This document shows positions 46,685 to 59,970 of a DNA stretch of 64,000 bases, piece after piece (within the stretch, counting starts at the first letter, position 1; each line of letters starts with the position of its first letter). Under the pieces are notes generated by a model, which searched no databases, was not told where the DNA came from, and was given only the letters and a program-made list of their open reading frames with translations. The translations under genes were made by a program, and so were the position numbers. This stretch comes from Phyllobates terribilis (taxonomy: Eukaryota), in contig NW_027362762.1 in NCBI RefSeq assembly GCF_046119375.1, positions 129,704,001-129,768,000 of the forward strand, in the 5' to 3' direction.

Positions 46685-46885
46685 GGCCACAGCCCCACTA
46701 TCAGTATTTGGTCATTATTTCTTCTTAGGAGTGGGAAAAAAACAGGAGTGGGTGATAAATGCAGAATTGGTGACTTGTTTCTATTACACCTTTTCTCTGA
46801 TTGTTCCTCACCTGGTTTTGGCTCCCACTCCTGAGAAAAAATACTGACCAAATACTGGCCAAATACTGATAGTGGGGCTCTGGCC
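46685..46885. mobile_element. PIF/Harbinger-type MITE
   Basis: TGA|GGCCAC...TGGCC|TTA; inverted copy of 30808-31010. Confidence 0.8.
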
Positions 46886-48078
46886 TTAGGCTATGTGCGC
46901 ACGTTCAGTATTTGCAGGAGATGTTTCTGAGTGTTGGCAGGCAAAATGCTAAATGAGAAGTTTTTGCTGTGTTTTACATGCATTTTTTATGTTTTTTTAC
47001 TTTTGACTGCGTGAAAAACGCTGCAAAAATGCTGAAAGAATTGACATACTGCAGGTTTTCAAAAAAGCGTTGAAGGGTCAAATCTGCAAGGAAAAAATAA
47101 GGAGCATGTGTATAAGATTTCAGAAATCCCATTCACTTTGCTCGCACAGTAAATGTTGCATTTTTTCTGCCGCAAAAACGAGCTGAAAAAAAATCACTGT
47201 AAACATGCTTTTAGGGTATGTTCATGGGTAGCTTTTTTGTGCATTAAAAACACAGATTATGATAAGAAAACTGAATAGAAAACTGAAGTTGAAATTGCGT
47301 ATGATTTTGATGCGTTCTTGATACATTTCACCTTTTGCTTTTTTAATCTTAATGGGGAAAACCTGCAGTAAAAATATTAAAAAACGTACTGCAGGTCAAA
47401 AAGCACCTGTTTGAATACGGTTTTAAAAATCTCATTAATTTTATTGTTATTGTAAACACTAAGTTTTATTTTGCAGGAAAAACACATCAAAAACGCAATG
47501 TTCACAAAAATGTAACCTCACCCTCCCTGTTGTGATTTTTATTCCATGCAATTTTTTTGTGCTGGGAAACAACACTGCGTTTTACAATAACAAAACCCAA
47601 GATAAAAACATAATAAACAAATACCCTGCAGTAAATAAATGAACAGCAATAGTGCATGAAAATAAATAGGGTGCTTAGTTAGTTAGTTAATTTTGAATAA
47701 AAAAAAGTAAAAGCCATCCCACCACGTTACGGTGACCCTATTCGGGACGGTCCTAACCTCTAGTATTAAAACCTTACCATTTGTCAAATGACATGTGGAT
47801 AAGGACTGAAGGGCTGAGAAGGACTGAGACCCGGCTAATGAACACCCAGGCATGGAGAACTACATTAATGTAATGTCCAGCTCAAAGGAAAAAGACAAAT
47901 GAAACCGAATGCACTTAGCGGTGATAAAAATTTATTTGCTGGCTTCCAGTACATATGTTGATTTCCACAAGGACAAGTTAACAAAAGGCCTATAGTCCTT
48001 TCTTTGCGAACATCACATTAGACAAATGGTAAAATCTTTGATGAAAGTTTCCTTTCAAAGTAAAATGTAGTGTGATAA

Positions 48079-48749
48079 TGTCACGTGACGGTAGTTTGAT
48101 ATCCCGGGTCTAGGGGCTCCTTCCCTATCCCTAAAGCTAGGGTCGCCCTAGCTATCCCTGCTTCCCGGATTACTTCCAATGGTGAAGATGCCGGGGCCAC
48201 ATACCTTGCTGAGCTCCTGAATCCGCCTTTTTCTGTCTCCTCCCCCACCCCGGGAAGTGGGGAGTAGTTGTATATAAGAATGCACCAACCAGACTAACAA
48301 GGGCAGACATACAGGGATAAATGAAAATACCAATCATAGAAATATGCACTCACAAACAGCAGATTGGAACACCGGGAGTAAAAGGAAGGAACAACAAAAT
48401 AAGAGAGGATGAGGATATGCACACAGAGCAACAGCCTTTAGATCAACACTCCAAACGCCTCCTCAACAAACACCTCCAACTCCACCCCAGGCCATATGAA
48501 ACTAACACTGGCAATCCTGATTGTCAGAGGCGAGTATATATAGGAGAGGGGAGTGGTCAACACTGAACAGCTGAGACCATCAATGCTGGAGAGTTCTAGC
48601 AGCTCTCAACTAAATAGATTAACCCCTGCACTGCTAGCTGAATACTGCACGTTTAATATGATAGTGAAGTGCTTCTAGTCAGTGCAGGAGTACATGAAAT
48701 CAGACGCTGCGGTCTTCTGGCCCCTCTCTGTTGCGGTAAACCAGTAACA
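48079..48749. mobile_element. Solo LTR (671 bp)
   Basis: TGTCACG...GTAACA termini, perfect 5-bp TSD GATAA/GATAA. Confidence 0.85.
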
Positions 48750-49782
48750 GATAACATATAAAAAAGACCCTCTAAAAAAAGGTGGCCATCCCATTTGAAA
48801 ATCCAGTGCAAATATGCGGGCTCTACATTGCATGAAAATGAGGGTTCCCTGCATGTAACAAGTGATATGCAGTGCCTGTTACTGTACTACTCATGCTAAT
48901 CTAATGATAGTATATTACAATATTGCCGAAAATGCATTAAAAACTTTTTCCTAGAGTCAAGTTCCTATGTGCTTTGAGTTTGACCCTGGACGTGACACTT
49001 TTCGCTCTGTATATAAATGTAAGCTATGAAATGTTGAGCCCTGGTTAATGCTTTCTGCTGACTCTCACATGATCTAATCTATCCCAGCTTTAGCTACAAA
49101 TATGCAATGTGAAAACCACACACAGAAATCTGCTGAGTAAAGTCTTCTCATCTCTGTGCTGCAAACTGAGGTAAAACAGAGGCCTATGCTCTCAGTGGGT
49201 CTTCATGTAACAGTGAATGTTCTGGCAACATGTTCTACATTATTCTACGTGGCAGAAAAGGGGCCATGCATGCATTTACTGCCAGCAAGAGACTGCTCCT
49301 CAAACTGTTAATTCGGAGCAAAGGCCAAACCTAGATTTATTATCGAGATGAAGTTTACCTTCTTACACACCACATAGGTAGGTGAAGCTCTGCATTCATA
49401 ATCTGTTTTCATATGTTCTATCTTTCGAGTATGAAGTGCGCTTTGGATGATGATTATTTCATGTGATCAAGTATATATCCTAATGGATCCTAGATGCATT
49501 AGATTAAAGCCAGCCAAACCCGCCATTATCAACTGCATCAGTCAATCATCTACTGTGTATGGGGCCTCTCGACTTTCCCCAACAGATGATGTCAGGGAGA
49601 AAAGGATCATACCCTTTTGTTCTCCAGGGAATAAGACGCTCACAGAGGTGTAGATATGTTTCTGTCTCCCCCTCTCCCCATTGAAGACACATGAACACTC
49701 AGCCAAGATTAACATTTATGTGTATAGGGAAGTCAGATAGCTCATTTGACCGACAGTTATCTAAGGTGTATGGTCAGCTTGA

Positions 49783-50609
49783 AGAGGACTTTTCATCAGT
49801 TTAAGCATGTTAAACTGGGCACATCATGGAATAGTGGCTTCAGAAATGAATAAAACATAGTTTTTATTCTTTAATTTCTCATCTCTGTTGTGGAGATATT
49901 AGCTTGAAAAGTTTAGATTCTAATTTTCGCTAAGACCAAAGGGGCATTAGTAGAGATTCATCTCTGAAGGTTCCCAGAGAATGTCATACCTGACTTTTTC
50001 TCTGTGAGACATATAATGACACACAGCCCTGCACCGTACACTGATCTCAATATCTACTGTGAGTAAAAGTGGGGAAGGGGTGTAGAGAAAAGCTGTGTGT
50101 CATTATAAACATCTTCTGCATCTGCAGCTCTCAACCCATGGTAATGTCAGTGTGGGAGGAGAAGGAGTAGAGTACAGCTGACAGTGCCTTGGGAGGAGAG
50201 CTGCAGATGCAGAGGTGTTTGTTATGACACACAGCTCTGATTTACTCCCCTCCCCCACTTGTAATCACAGTAGGTACTGGCAGTGACATCAGTGAGAAGA
50301 GTAGGGCTATGTCTCATTACATGTCTTTCCATGTCACACAGAAAAAGCCGGGTCTGATATTCTCTGGGAGAATGTTCTTTTTTTTACCCTGAATGATGCC
50401 TCCTGCTTATGAGTGGTCAATGTCATACAGGGAAAGTGTAACTGCCCCCAGAGACGAGTCTCTGCTAGTGGAAATTAGAATCTAAACTTTGCAAGCTAAT
50501 ATCGCTGCAACAGAGATGATCAATTAAAAATAAAAAAAAGGAAGTTTATTCAGCCCGTTTCCATAATGTGGCCAGTATAACATGCTAAAACTGATGAAAA
50601 GTTCTCTTT
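49783..50609. mobile_element. Degenerate T2-type palindromic MITE
   Basis: GAGGACTTTTCATCAGTTTAAGCATG / CATGCTAAAACTGATGAAAAGTTCTC plus inner arms (TTAGAT TCTAATTT.. / AAATTAGAATCTAA). Confidence 0.6.
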
Positions 50610-50628
50610 GATATAGATGTAAGACTAA

Positions 50629-50808
50629 GGCCACGCTCAGATCTTCAGTATTTGGTCAGTATTTGTAAGTCAAAACCAGGAGTGGAACAATCTGAGGAAA
50701 AGTATAATAGAAACATGTCACCACTTCTGTATTTTTTACCACTCCTGGTTTTGGCTTACAAATACTGACGTAAAATACTGACCGAATACAAAAATTGTAA
50801 ACGTGGCC
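50629..50808. mobile_element. PIF/Harbinger-type MITE
   Basis: TAA|GGCCACG...CGTGGCC|TAA; same family core as 30808. Confidence 0.8.
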
Positions 50809-52439
50809 TAACACTGAGTCTAAGAAGGGGAAGAGCATCTTTCAATTTTGTGGCCTTGATGCTTGCAACAGTCACCAACGACTTCACTAGGATCACTACG
50901 GTGCTGACCCCACAACACTCAGTTGATCTTTGTACCAGTGCCCTTTTGATCAGAACTTGTACTTGTGTGACAACCCCTATTATATAAATTATATTGACAA
51001 ATGTATTGGGACACACAACTTATTCATTAAATTTAGGTTTCTATATTCAGTCCCAATGCAACAGGCAAATAAAATCCAGCCGAGATAAAAAAAAAAAATT
51101 GTATCTGGTTCTAACGGAAATAAAATCTTCAATATTTATTAGGCAACCATTAAAAGGAACATGTAGTAAGATAGTATCATCCACAAAAACTCATAGGAAT
51201 CATCAATGCGTTTCTGGTGCTTGTTGCTCGCTTACATTGCTTTTCTATAGATGTATATAATATGTGCATATCTATAGATGTATAATATGTATATATCTAT
51301 AAGATGTACAATATCCAGCCCCTCGCCATGCTGCCTGCCTTTACTAAAATTTGTGAAAGAACGACTCGTTATAAAAACTCACTGATACCAGCGCGGTCCT
51401 GTAATAGGAGGCACTTGTGTAACAAGTCAGATCATGACGTTTCTTCCCTCCTAAATATTCTAGCGTCACCTGTGAATGGTATTATTGAAAAGTGGAAACG
51501 TTTAGGAACCACAGCACCACAGACCACATAAAGTTACAGAGCATGGTCGATGCAAGCTGAGGGGCATGTTGTATAAAGTCACCAATGCTCTGCTTACTCC
51601 ATGACTGCAGAGCTCTAATCCTCCTCTGGCCTTAACATCAGCAATAAAACTGTGCACCGCAAGCTTTGTGTCCTGAGTTTCCATGGCTTAACAGCTGCAT
51701 GCAGATCTTACATCTGCAAGCACAATGTCAAGCGCTTGATGGAGTGGTGGAAAGCGACCACCGCTGGACTTATCACAATTCACTATCTGGCAATAGTGTT
51801 GAGCGAGCATGCTCGACACTGCTCGGTACTCGCCCGAGCATCTCACTACTCGGGATGTTCGGCGAGCACCGAGCATTTTCGGGTTACTCGGGCGGGAGCT
51901 CGGGTCTCCGCCCTGCATGTTTGGCGCTCTTTACAGAGCCAATGAACATGCAGGGATTGCCAGTCACTGTAATGCCGCAGCCTTGTTGGTTGTGGGCATT
52001 ACAGTGATTGGCTGGCTGCGCAGCGTCACCTCGAGTATTTAAAACCGGGCGCCGCCATCTTGGACACAGTCGCTCCGGATCAGACAGTGTAGGGAGAGTG
52101 CTGCTGAGCTAGGGAGAGATTTATACTGCAAAATAGGTAGTGTAGGGTCTCTAAAGCCTGCAAAATCAAACAAACAGTCCTTCTGAGGACTAATATCCAT
52201 CCCAGATATCAGGCAGGCAGTTTGGCAGGCAGGCTGTATAGGAGACGCAGTGGTTATACCAACAAACACTGCACTACATTCCTGTGTGCTGCTGCTGCTC
52301 AAATTGCTAGACTTAGCCCCAGGTCTCAGGGGCCAGGAAAAATCCTTTTTTTTTCATCTAAATCCTCTTCTTTTTTTTTTTCCTCAGTCAGACTGTACAA
52401 ATACCCGTCTTATTTACCTTTTGGTATTTTTTCGCCCCC

Positions 52440-53180
52440 CCAAAAAAATTTGAGTGTGTCTGTGAGTGTTCAAACACAAATATATCTGTTTAAAAGAGTC
52501 TGGTTTCGGCCAGATAACTAGAACTATGGATTTGCAGTTCCACGGTTCAATTCTCTGCATTATCCACTTTTTTGCCTTTTTTCCATAAAAAAACAGTTTG
52601 AGTGTCTCGCTGACTGTTCAGACACAAATATATCTATTTAAAAAAGTCTGGTATACGCCAGGAAATTAGAACTGTGGTTTTCCTCTTCCATGGTTCAAAT
52701 CTGGGTGTTATCCACCTTTTTGCCTTTTTTACATAAAAAAAAACAGTTTCAGTGTCTCGCTGACTGTTCAGACACAAATATATCTGTTTAAAAAATTCTG
52801 GTGTAGGCCAGAGAACTAGAACTGTGGTTTTGCTCTTCCACGGTTCAAATCTGGGTGTAATCCACCTTTTTGCCTTTTTTACATAAAAAAAAAACAGTTT
52901 CAGTGTCTCGCTGACTGTTCAGACACAAATATATCTGTTTAAAAGATTCTGGTGTAGGCCAGAGAAATAGAACTGTGGTTTTCCTCTTCCACTGTTCAAA
53001 TCTGGGTGTAATCCACCTTTTTGCCTTTTTTACATTAAAAAAAAACAGTTTGAGTGTCTCGCTGACTGTTCAGACACAAATATATCTGTTTAAAAGATTC
53101 TGGTGTAGGCCAGAGAACTAGAACTGTGGTTTTCCTCTTCCACGGTTCTAATCTACTCTTTATTACCCTTTTGCCATTGA
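52440..53180. repeat. ~150-bp tandem repeat x5 upstream of the hAT-C transposase
   Basis: ACAGTTT(G/C)AGTGTCTCGCTGACTGTTCAGACACAAATATATC at 52594, 52744, 52895 and 53046, plus a diverged first copy. Confidence 0.93.
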
Positions 53181-53214
53181 TAGTGCGAGTGTAAGCTATT
53201 TTACTTCATTTACA

Positions 53215-56200
53215 ATGGGCAAGGCGCGTGGCAAGGGACGTGGAACTGGACGTTCTGGTGATGGTGCGTGCAGAGGACGGGGCCGTGGCCAAGGTGAAAA
53301 TGTGCTACAACCAACAGCCACATCTTCTCGCTCCCAGTTCTTGACCGAATTACTAGGGAAGCACACAACAACACCACTATTGCGAACTGATCAGTTGGAA
53401 CAGGTTATTAATTGGATAGCAGATAATACTTCCAGTCACCTGGGCACCACCACCTCCAGTCTGTCTTCCACACGGTCAAGTCTTAGTAGCCGTGAGTCTC
53501 GACCGCATATGCCTCCTCACCCTGATGCTCCTTCCTCCCACCATGCTGAGTGTCGTCAGACAGCAACTGATCCCACAGTTGGACACTCTGAAGAGCTGTT
53601 CACTGGTCCATTTCCATATTTGGGCCCCTCACCTGCTCCGCTTGAAGTGGTGGAAGAGGAGATCCCATGTAGCGATGGCCAAATATTTGAACAGCCACGG
53701 CCACAGGAAGGCGACGCTGGCAATTTGTCACAAGAGGTGGACGATGACGAGACACAATTGCCACGAAGAGAGGAGGAGGACCGTGGTGCAGAAGTGGAAG
53801 AGGAGGAGGTGGTGGATGATCTAGTAACTGACCCAACGTGGCAGGAGGACACGCAGAGCGAGGCCAGCAGCACACAGGGGGAGGGAGGCAGAGTACCCCA
53901 ACAGGCAGGAAGAAGCAGTGTGGTGGCCGCAGACAGAAGGCGGGCAACCGTTCCCCGTAACACCAATACGAGGGACGTTGCCAGTACAACCGGTAGGTCT
54001 TCCAGAGTCTGGAATTTTTTTAAAGACTCTGCTGATAACCCCAAAAAGGCCATTTGTACCACCTGCCAGGCTAGCATCAGCAGGGGTGACAAAACTACCA
54101 GCCTGACCACCACCAGCATGATCAGGCACATGTCAGCAAAGCACCCGACTTTGTGGGGCGAACCCCAGGGTCCACGACCAGTGTCAGCGGGTGTCACCAC
54201 TGCTTCTTCCGCTGTTGTGCATGTAAGAGAACCCCCTGTTGTGCGTGCAAGGCAATCCCCTGTCCATACTGCATGCAAAGATACCCTCTCCTCTCAGTCT
54301 TCACTTGTTATGGCAGTTTCTCAAGAAACAGCATCAACGTCCACGTCCCACCGCAGCGTTCAATTGTCCATATCCCAGACCTTTGAACGAAAGTGCAAAT
54401 TCGCAGCCAAAGCCCCACAGGCCACAGTCCTAAATTTGCACATTTCACGACTGCTTGCGTCGGAAATGCTGCCTTTTAGGCTAGTGGAGACGGAATCCTT
54501 CCGCAACCTTATGGCGGTGGCCGTCCCTCGGTACTCGGTCCCCAGCTGACACTATTTTGCCCGGTGTGCCATCCCCGCACTACACAAGCACGTGTCCCAA
54601 AACATCTGCCGTGCCCTCAACAACGCAGTTACTGGGAGAATCCACCTGACAACGGACACGTGGACAAGTGCTTGTGGCCAGGGACGGTACTTCTCCCTGA
54701 CGGCACACTGGGTAAACATAGTGGAAGCCGGGACCCAGTCGGACCTTGGGACGGAACACATCCTCCCCACACCGAGGATTGCGGGCCCTATGTCAGTCAG
54801 AGTTGCCCCCACAGTGTACAGCTCCTGCGCTTCATCCTCCTCCTCCTCCTCATGTTCAGCCTCCATCTCAGATATCACCACATCAGTTACAAGCTGGAAG
54901 CACTGCAGTACTGCCTCACCCAAGCAGCAACAGGCTGTGCTGAAACTCATAAGCTTAGGTGATAAACCTCACACTGCTTGTGAGTTGTGGACAGCTGTGA
55001 AATAGCAGGCAGATCTGTGGCTGAGACCGCTGAACCTACATCCAGGCATGGTCGTGTGTGACAATGGCCGTAACCTGGTGGCGGCTCTGAGGCGAGGCGA
55101 GATCACACAAATACTATGCCTGGCTCATGTGCTTAACCTCGTGGTTCAGCGGTTTCTTAAATCGTACCCCGAGTTGCCAGCTCTGCTCATCAAAGTACGC
55201 CGCCTGTCAGCTCATTTTCGGAAGTCGGCTACAGCTTCCGCCGCCCTTGCTGTGTTGCAGCAGCGTTTGCAGCTTCCGACTGGTGTGTGATGTCCCCACA
55301 CGTTGGAACTCTACCCTCCACATGTTGCAAAGGATTTGTGAGCAGAAGAGAGCAGTTGTGGAGTACCAGCTGCAACAAGGCCGTCGATATTCAGGTCAGA
55401 CTCCACACATAAGTCCTCAGGAGTGGACCTGGATGTCTGACATATGTACCATCCTGACAAACTTTGAGGAGTACACCAAGATGGTGAGTGGTGATGACGC
55501 CATCATTAGCGTCAGCATCCCACTTGTCTGTCTTTTGCAACACTCCCTGCAGAGAATTAAAGAGGAGGCATTGCAGCCAGAGTATGATGAGATGGATCAA
55601 GAAGCTGTAGTGGGCGATTACACACAGCCCAGCCTCATCTCATCCCAACGTGCATTGGGGGACAATGAGGGAGAGGAGGAGGAGGAGGAAGAACAAGAGC
55701 TGGTATCATGCGCTGTAGATGGTAGTACCTGTACAACTGTCATACCGTCGGTTCAGCGTGGGTGGCCTGAGGACAGGGGGAAGGAGGAGGAGGAGAGCAT
55801 GGTCAGTCGTCATCTTGGTGAGGACACGGAAGTCTTGCCCGTTACCAGTCTGGCACGCATGGCTGACTTTATGTTACGCTGCCTTAACCGTGACCCTCGC
55901 GTTGTCAAAATGTTGGGTGACAGTCATTACTGGTTGGTGACGCTTTTAGACCCCCGCTACAAGGAGAACTTTCACTCTCTTATTCCTGAGGTGGAGAAGT
56001 CTACAAAAATGGGGCAGTACCAGAAGGCCCTTGCTGCAGAACTGTTAAAAAACTTCCCATCTGAACACGCTAGCGGCAGAGGTCACAGTTCGTTGCCCAA
56101 CCAAGGCGTACAGGCGAGAGAGACGCAACTCCAATCCAGCAGAGGCAGGGGAACACTGTCAATGTTCTGGGACAGTTTTCTGACACCCGCCCAGCTTACA

Positions 56201-56560
56201 GGCCCTGAGGTGCGGGGTACTCTCACAAGGAGTGGAAAGTTTCAAAAGATGGTGAGGGAGTACCTTGCCGACCGTACCAGCGTCCTCCGTGATTCCTCTG
56301 TGCCTTTTAATTATTGGGTATCCAAGCTGGACACTTGGAATGAACTCGCTCTGTACACCTTGGAGGTCCTAGCCTGCCCTGCCGCTAGCGTGTTATCGGA
56401 GCGTGTTTTTAGTGCCGCTGGGGGAATTATAACTGATAAGCGCACTCGCTTGTCAAATGACAATGCTGACAAGCTGACCCTTATCAAAATGAACAAGGGC
56501 TGGATTGGGCCAGACTTCTCATCACCACCAAATGACAGCAGAGTAAGAAAGTCAAATCCA
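53215..56560 (+). pseudogene. Full-length hAT transposase pseudogene (two nonsense codons, one frameshift)
   Basis: BED finger VWNFF..CTTC..RHMSAKH; HLTTDTWTS; VVCDNG; CLAH; PTRWNST; SERVFS; TGA at 54547, TAG at 55003, ~8-bp deletion near 55277. Confidence 0.95.
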
Positions 56561-56699
56561 CTGTGTTATTTCGAGAGGTCTATTCCCATGCACCGCTTCA
56601 CACCCACACATGGGTATACGCTTCCTCATTTTGGCTGTTTTTTGCTCTTCTCCTTATCCTCAGCCTCCACCACCACTATACCACCAGGTTGACCGTGGT

Positions 56700-57830
56700 C
56701 CGTGAGGCCAGCATAGCAAGTTCCTCCGTCCTAATTTTTGGCAGCTTTTGCTTGGAAGGCATAGGCAAAGACTATGGGAGACCCACTCCCCAATAATGGG
56801 AATAATGTTTTTAATATGCTGTACTGCATGACTCTTGTAAGGGGCGTTGGAAGTTCCTCCGTCCTAATTTTTGGCAGCTTTTGCTTGGAAGGCATAGGCA
56901 AAGACTATGGGAGACCCACTCCCCAATAATGGGAATAATGTTTTTAATATGCTGTACTGCATGGCTCTTGTAAGGGGCATTGCAAGTTCCTCCGTCCTAA
57001 TTTTTGGCAGCTTTTGCTTGGAAGGCATTGGCAAAGACTATTGGAGACCCACTCCCCAATAATGGGAATAATGTTTTTAATATGTTGTACTGCATGGCTC
57101 TTGTAAGGGGCATTGCAAGTTCCTGCATCCTAATTTTTGGCATCTTTTGCTTGGAAGGCATAGGCAAAGACTATGGGAGACCCACTCCCCAATAATGGGA
57201 ATAATGTTTTTAATATGCTGTACTGCATGGCTCTTGTAAGGGGCATTAAAATCGTCTTGTTAAGCTACTGTGACCTCCACATCTCTTTCAAGGGTCATTG
57301 ATATTGTCTTTTAATTCCACTGGGACCTCCACGTCTCTTCCAAGGAGCATTGATATTGTCTTTTTATTCCACTGTGACCTCCATGTCTCTTCCAAGGGGC
57401 ATTAAAACCGTCTTGTTAAGCTACTGTGACCTCCACGTCTCTTCCAAGGGGTATTAAAACCGTCTTGTTAAACCACTCTGAACTCCACGTCTCTTCCAAG
57501 GGGCATTAAAATCATCTTGTTAAGCTACTGTGACCTCCACGTCTCTTCCAAGTGTCATTGATATTGTCTTTTTATTCCACTGGGACCTCCACCACTCTTC
57601 CAAGGGGCATTGATATTGTCTTTTTATTCCACTGAGAGCTCCACCACTCTTCCAAGGGGCATTGATATTGTCTTTTTATTCCACTGGGACCTCCACGTCT
57701 CTTCCGAGGGGCATTAAAACCGTCTTGTTAAACCACTCTGAACTCCACGTCTCTTCCAAGGAGCACTGAAATGTTGTTTTTAATTACCTCTAACCTCCAC
57801 GACCACGACTCTTCCAACGGGCATTGCATT
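56700..57830. repeat. 133-bp repeat x4, then ~52-bp repeat x ~10, in the hAT-C 3' region
   Basis: GGAGACCCACTCCCCAATAATGGGAA at 56777, 56910, 57043 and 57176; GACCTCCACGTCTCTTCCAAGGGGCATT units follow; both motifs are shared with hAT-A. Confidence 0.92.
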
Positions 57831-58199
57831 TTCTCCTAATTTTAGTCAGCTTTTGCTTTTCAATGAATAGGCGAACACTAAGGGAGACCCACTCCCCAAT
57901 AATGGGTAGAAGGTTTTTAGTACGCTGTAATCCACGTCTGTTTCAAGGGGCATTGCAGTTCCTCATAATTTTTGGAAAGCCTTCCATTCACTGCTTAGGC
58001 CAACAGTGTACAGGAGACCCAGTTGCTATAAATGGAAAAAACGGTTTAGTTAAGGCCCTCTGACCTCCATGTCACTTCCAAGGGGCATTGGAGTGCCTCG
58101 AAATTTTTGGTAGGCATTGCACTCACTGTATGCCCTATAACTGTGTAGCCAAACCGCTCCTTTTGGTACAGAAACATATCCTACAAGACATGTGTGGTT

Positions 58200-59970
58200 G
58201 ACTGGCCTGATATTGATGTGAATGGTCCCAATTCCTCCTGCTCTTTCTCCTTTGCCACCACCTCATCCATCACCATTCATCACCTGAAGCTTTTTTTTAA
58301 CGGGAGTCATAGAACTGGGATAGTAGCAGGAAAACATCCAGCAATCCTCGGAGGAGGTAGGATATGCGCCAAAACGCTGACCACCTCAGGCCTAGCCGCT
58401 ACTCCATACATGCGCTTGCATTCCAAGAAACACAAAGCTAAGGAGAAGGTTGGCCTCATGATCATGAATAATTTACTCATTGTGTAGGAGTACGACCACT
58501 GCTGCTGTCTACCTTCTGAACTTTGTGTTGAAGCCTGATTGACCCAGGACCCGCAATCCTCTATGTCTGGAGGACGTGTTGCATCCCAGTGTCCAACTGT
58601 GTCCCGGTTTCCACAATATTAACCCAGTGTGAAGGCGACAGTGAGATGGACCATCCTGGCCACATTCACTTGTCCACGTGTTTATGGTTAGGCTGTCCTT
58701 CCCACTAAATGCACTGGGGAGGGCATAGGTAATGTTTTGGTATGCGCGCTTGTGTATAAGGCGCACCGGGACAAATAGGGGCGGCTGGGGACCGTTTATG
58801 GACACCCGGCCACCACCCCCAGACGGCTGGGGACCATGTGTGGGCACTCGGCCGCGGGCGGCTGGGGACCGAGTATGGACACCCGGCCGCCCCCTGGCGG
58901 CTGGGGACCAAACGTGGACACCCGGCCGCCGGGCGGCTGGGGACTGAGTATGGATACCAGGCCGCCGACGCAGCCATGACGTGGTGGCCAGATTCCGCCT
59001 CCACATGCCTAAAAGGCCCAATTTCAAGTGCAAGCAAGCAGTATGGTATTGCAGCCTGGGGGTGGGTGTGTGGCAGGCTGCATACTAGCGCTTGCATTGC
59101 AAGGAATGGGGGAGGTACAATTGAACACTGCCCTGTGACAAGGACTTGAACGGAGATAGTTGCAAGTCTGCAACGACAGGTGCAGGGCGGGAGGCATCTT
59201 CGCATGTGCCAAGAACAGGGGGTTGGCGTGCACACATTACAGTGGAATAGGCTGTCCTTCCCACTAAATGCACTGGGGAGGGCACAGGTAATGTTTTGGT
59301 ATGCGCGCTTGTGTATAAGGCGCACCGGGACAAATAGGGGCAGCTGGGGACCGAGTGTGGACACCCGGCCGCCGGGCGGCTGGGGACTGAGTATGGATAC
59401 CAGGTCGCCAACGCAGCCATGACATGGTGGCCGGCGTCTGCCTCCACAAGCCTAAAAGGCCTCATTTCAAGCGCAAGCAAGCTAGCAGTATGGTATTGCA
59501 GCCTGGGGGTGGGTGGATGGCAGGCTGCACACTTACGCTTGCATTCCAAGAAAACAAAGCAAATGCTAACTTCTATCATCATCATCATGCTCCTCACCTT
59601 GGCACTCTCAACTCCCCTGATGGAGAAGCCAGTGCCCACCGGAGGAGTCTGGTTGTCTGGTGGGCTCGTCCAATACTGCCCTAAAGCAGGCCAGGCTAAG
59701 AAAAGTGTGGGGAAGGTTCCCGGGACAAATAGTGGCGGCTGGGGACTGAGTATGGAGACCTCGCCGCCGACGCAGCCATGAGGTAGTGGCCAGCTTCGGC
59801 CTCCTCCAAACTAAAAGGCCCCATTTCAAGCGCAAGCAATAGTATTGCAGCCTGCGGGTGGGTGGGTGGTTGGCTGCATATTTGCGCTTGCATTGCAAGG
59901 AATGGGGGAGGTACAATTGAACACTGCGCTGGGACAAGGACTTGCACGGGGATAGTTGTAAGTCTGCATC
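58200..59970 (-). pseudogene. Inverted, duplicated hAT transposase fragments inside hAT-C
   Basis: Minus strand reads LLALE(I/M)(G/R)PFR(H/L)VEA..MAA..YSVPSR and continues with sequence like ...NTWTSECGQ..HWVNIVETG, homologous to 54250-54810. Confidence 0.8.

Noticed and set aside
47560-48000. Possible Penelope-like terminal fragment or hammerhead ribozyme
   Set aside because: No CTGATGA-stem-GAAA core or RT/GIY-YIG coding sequence found by eye.
53215-56692. Domesticated host ZBED gene
   Set aside because: Bounded by TIRs and a perfect TSD and disabled by two stops and a frameshift, so it is a transposon copy.
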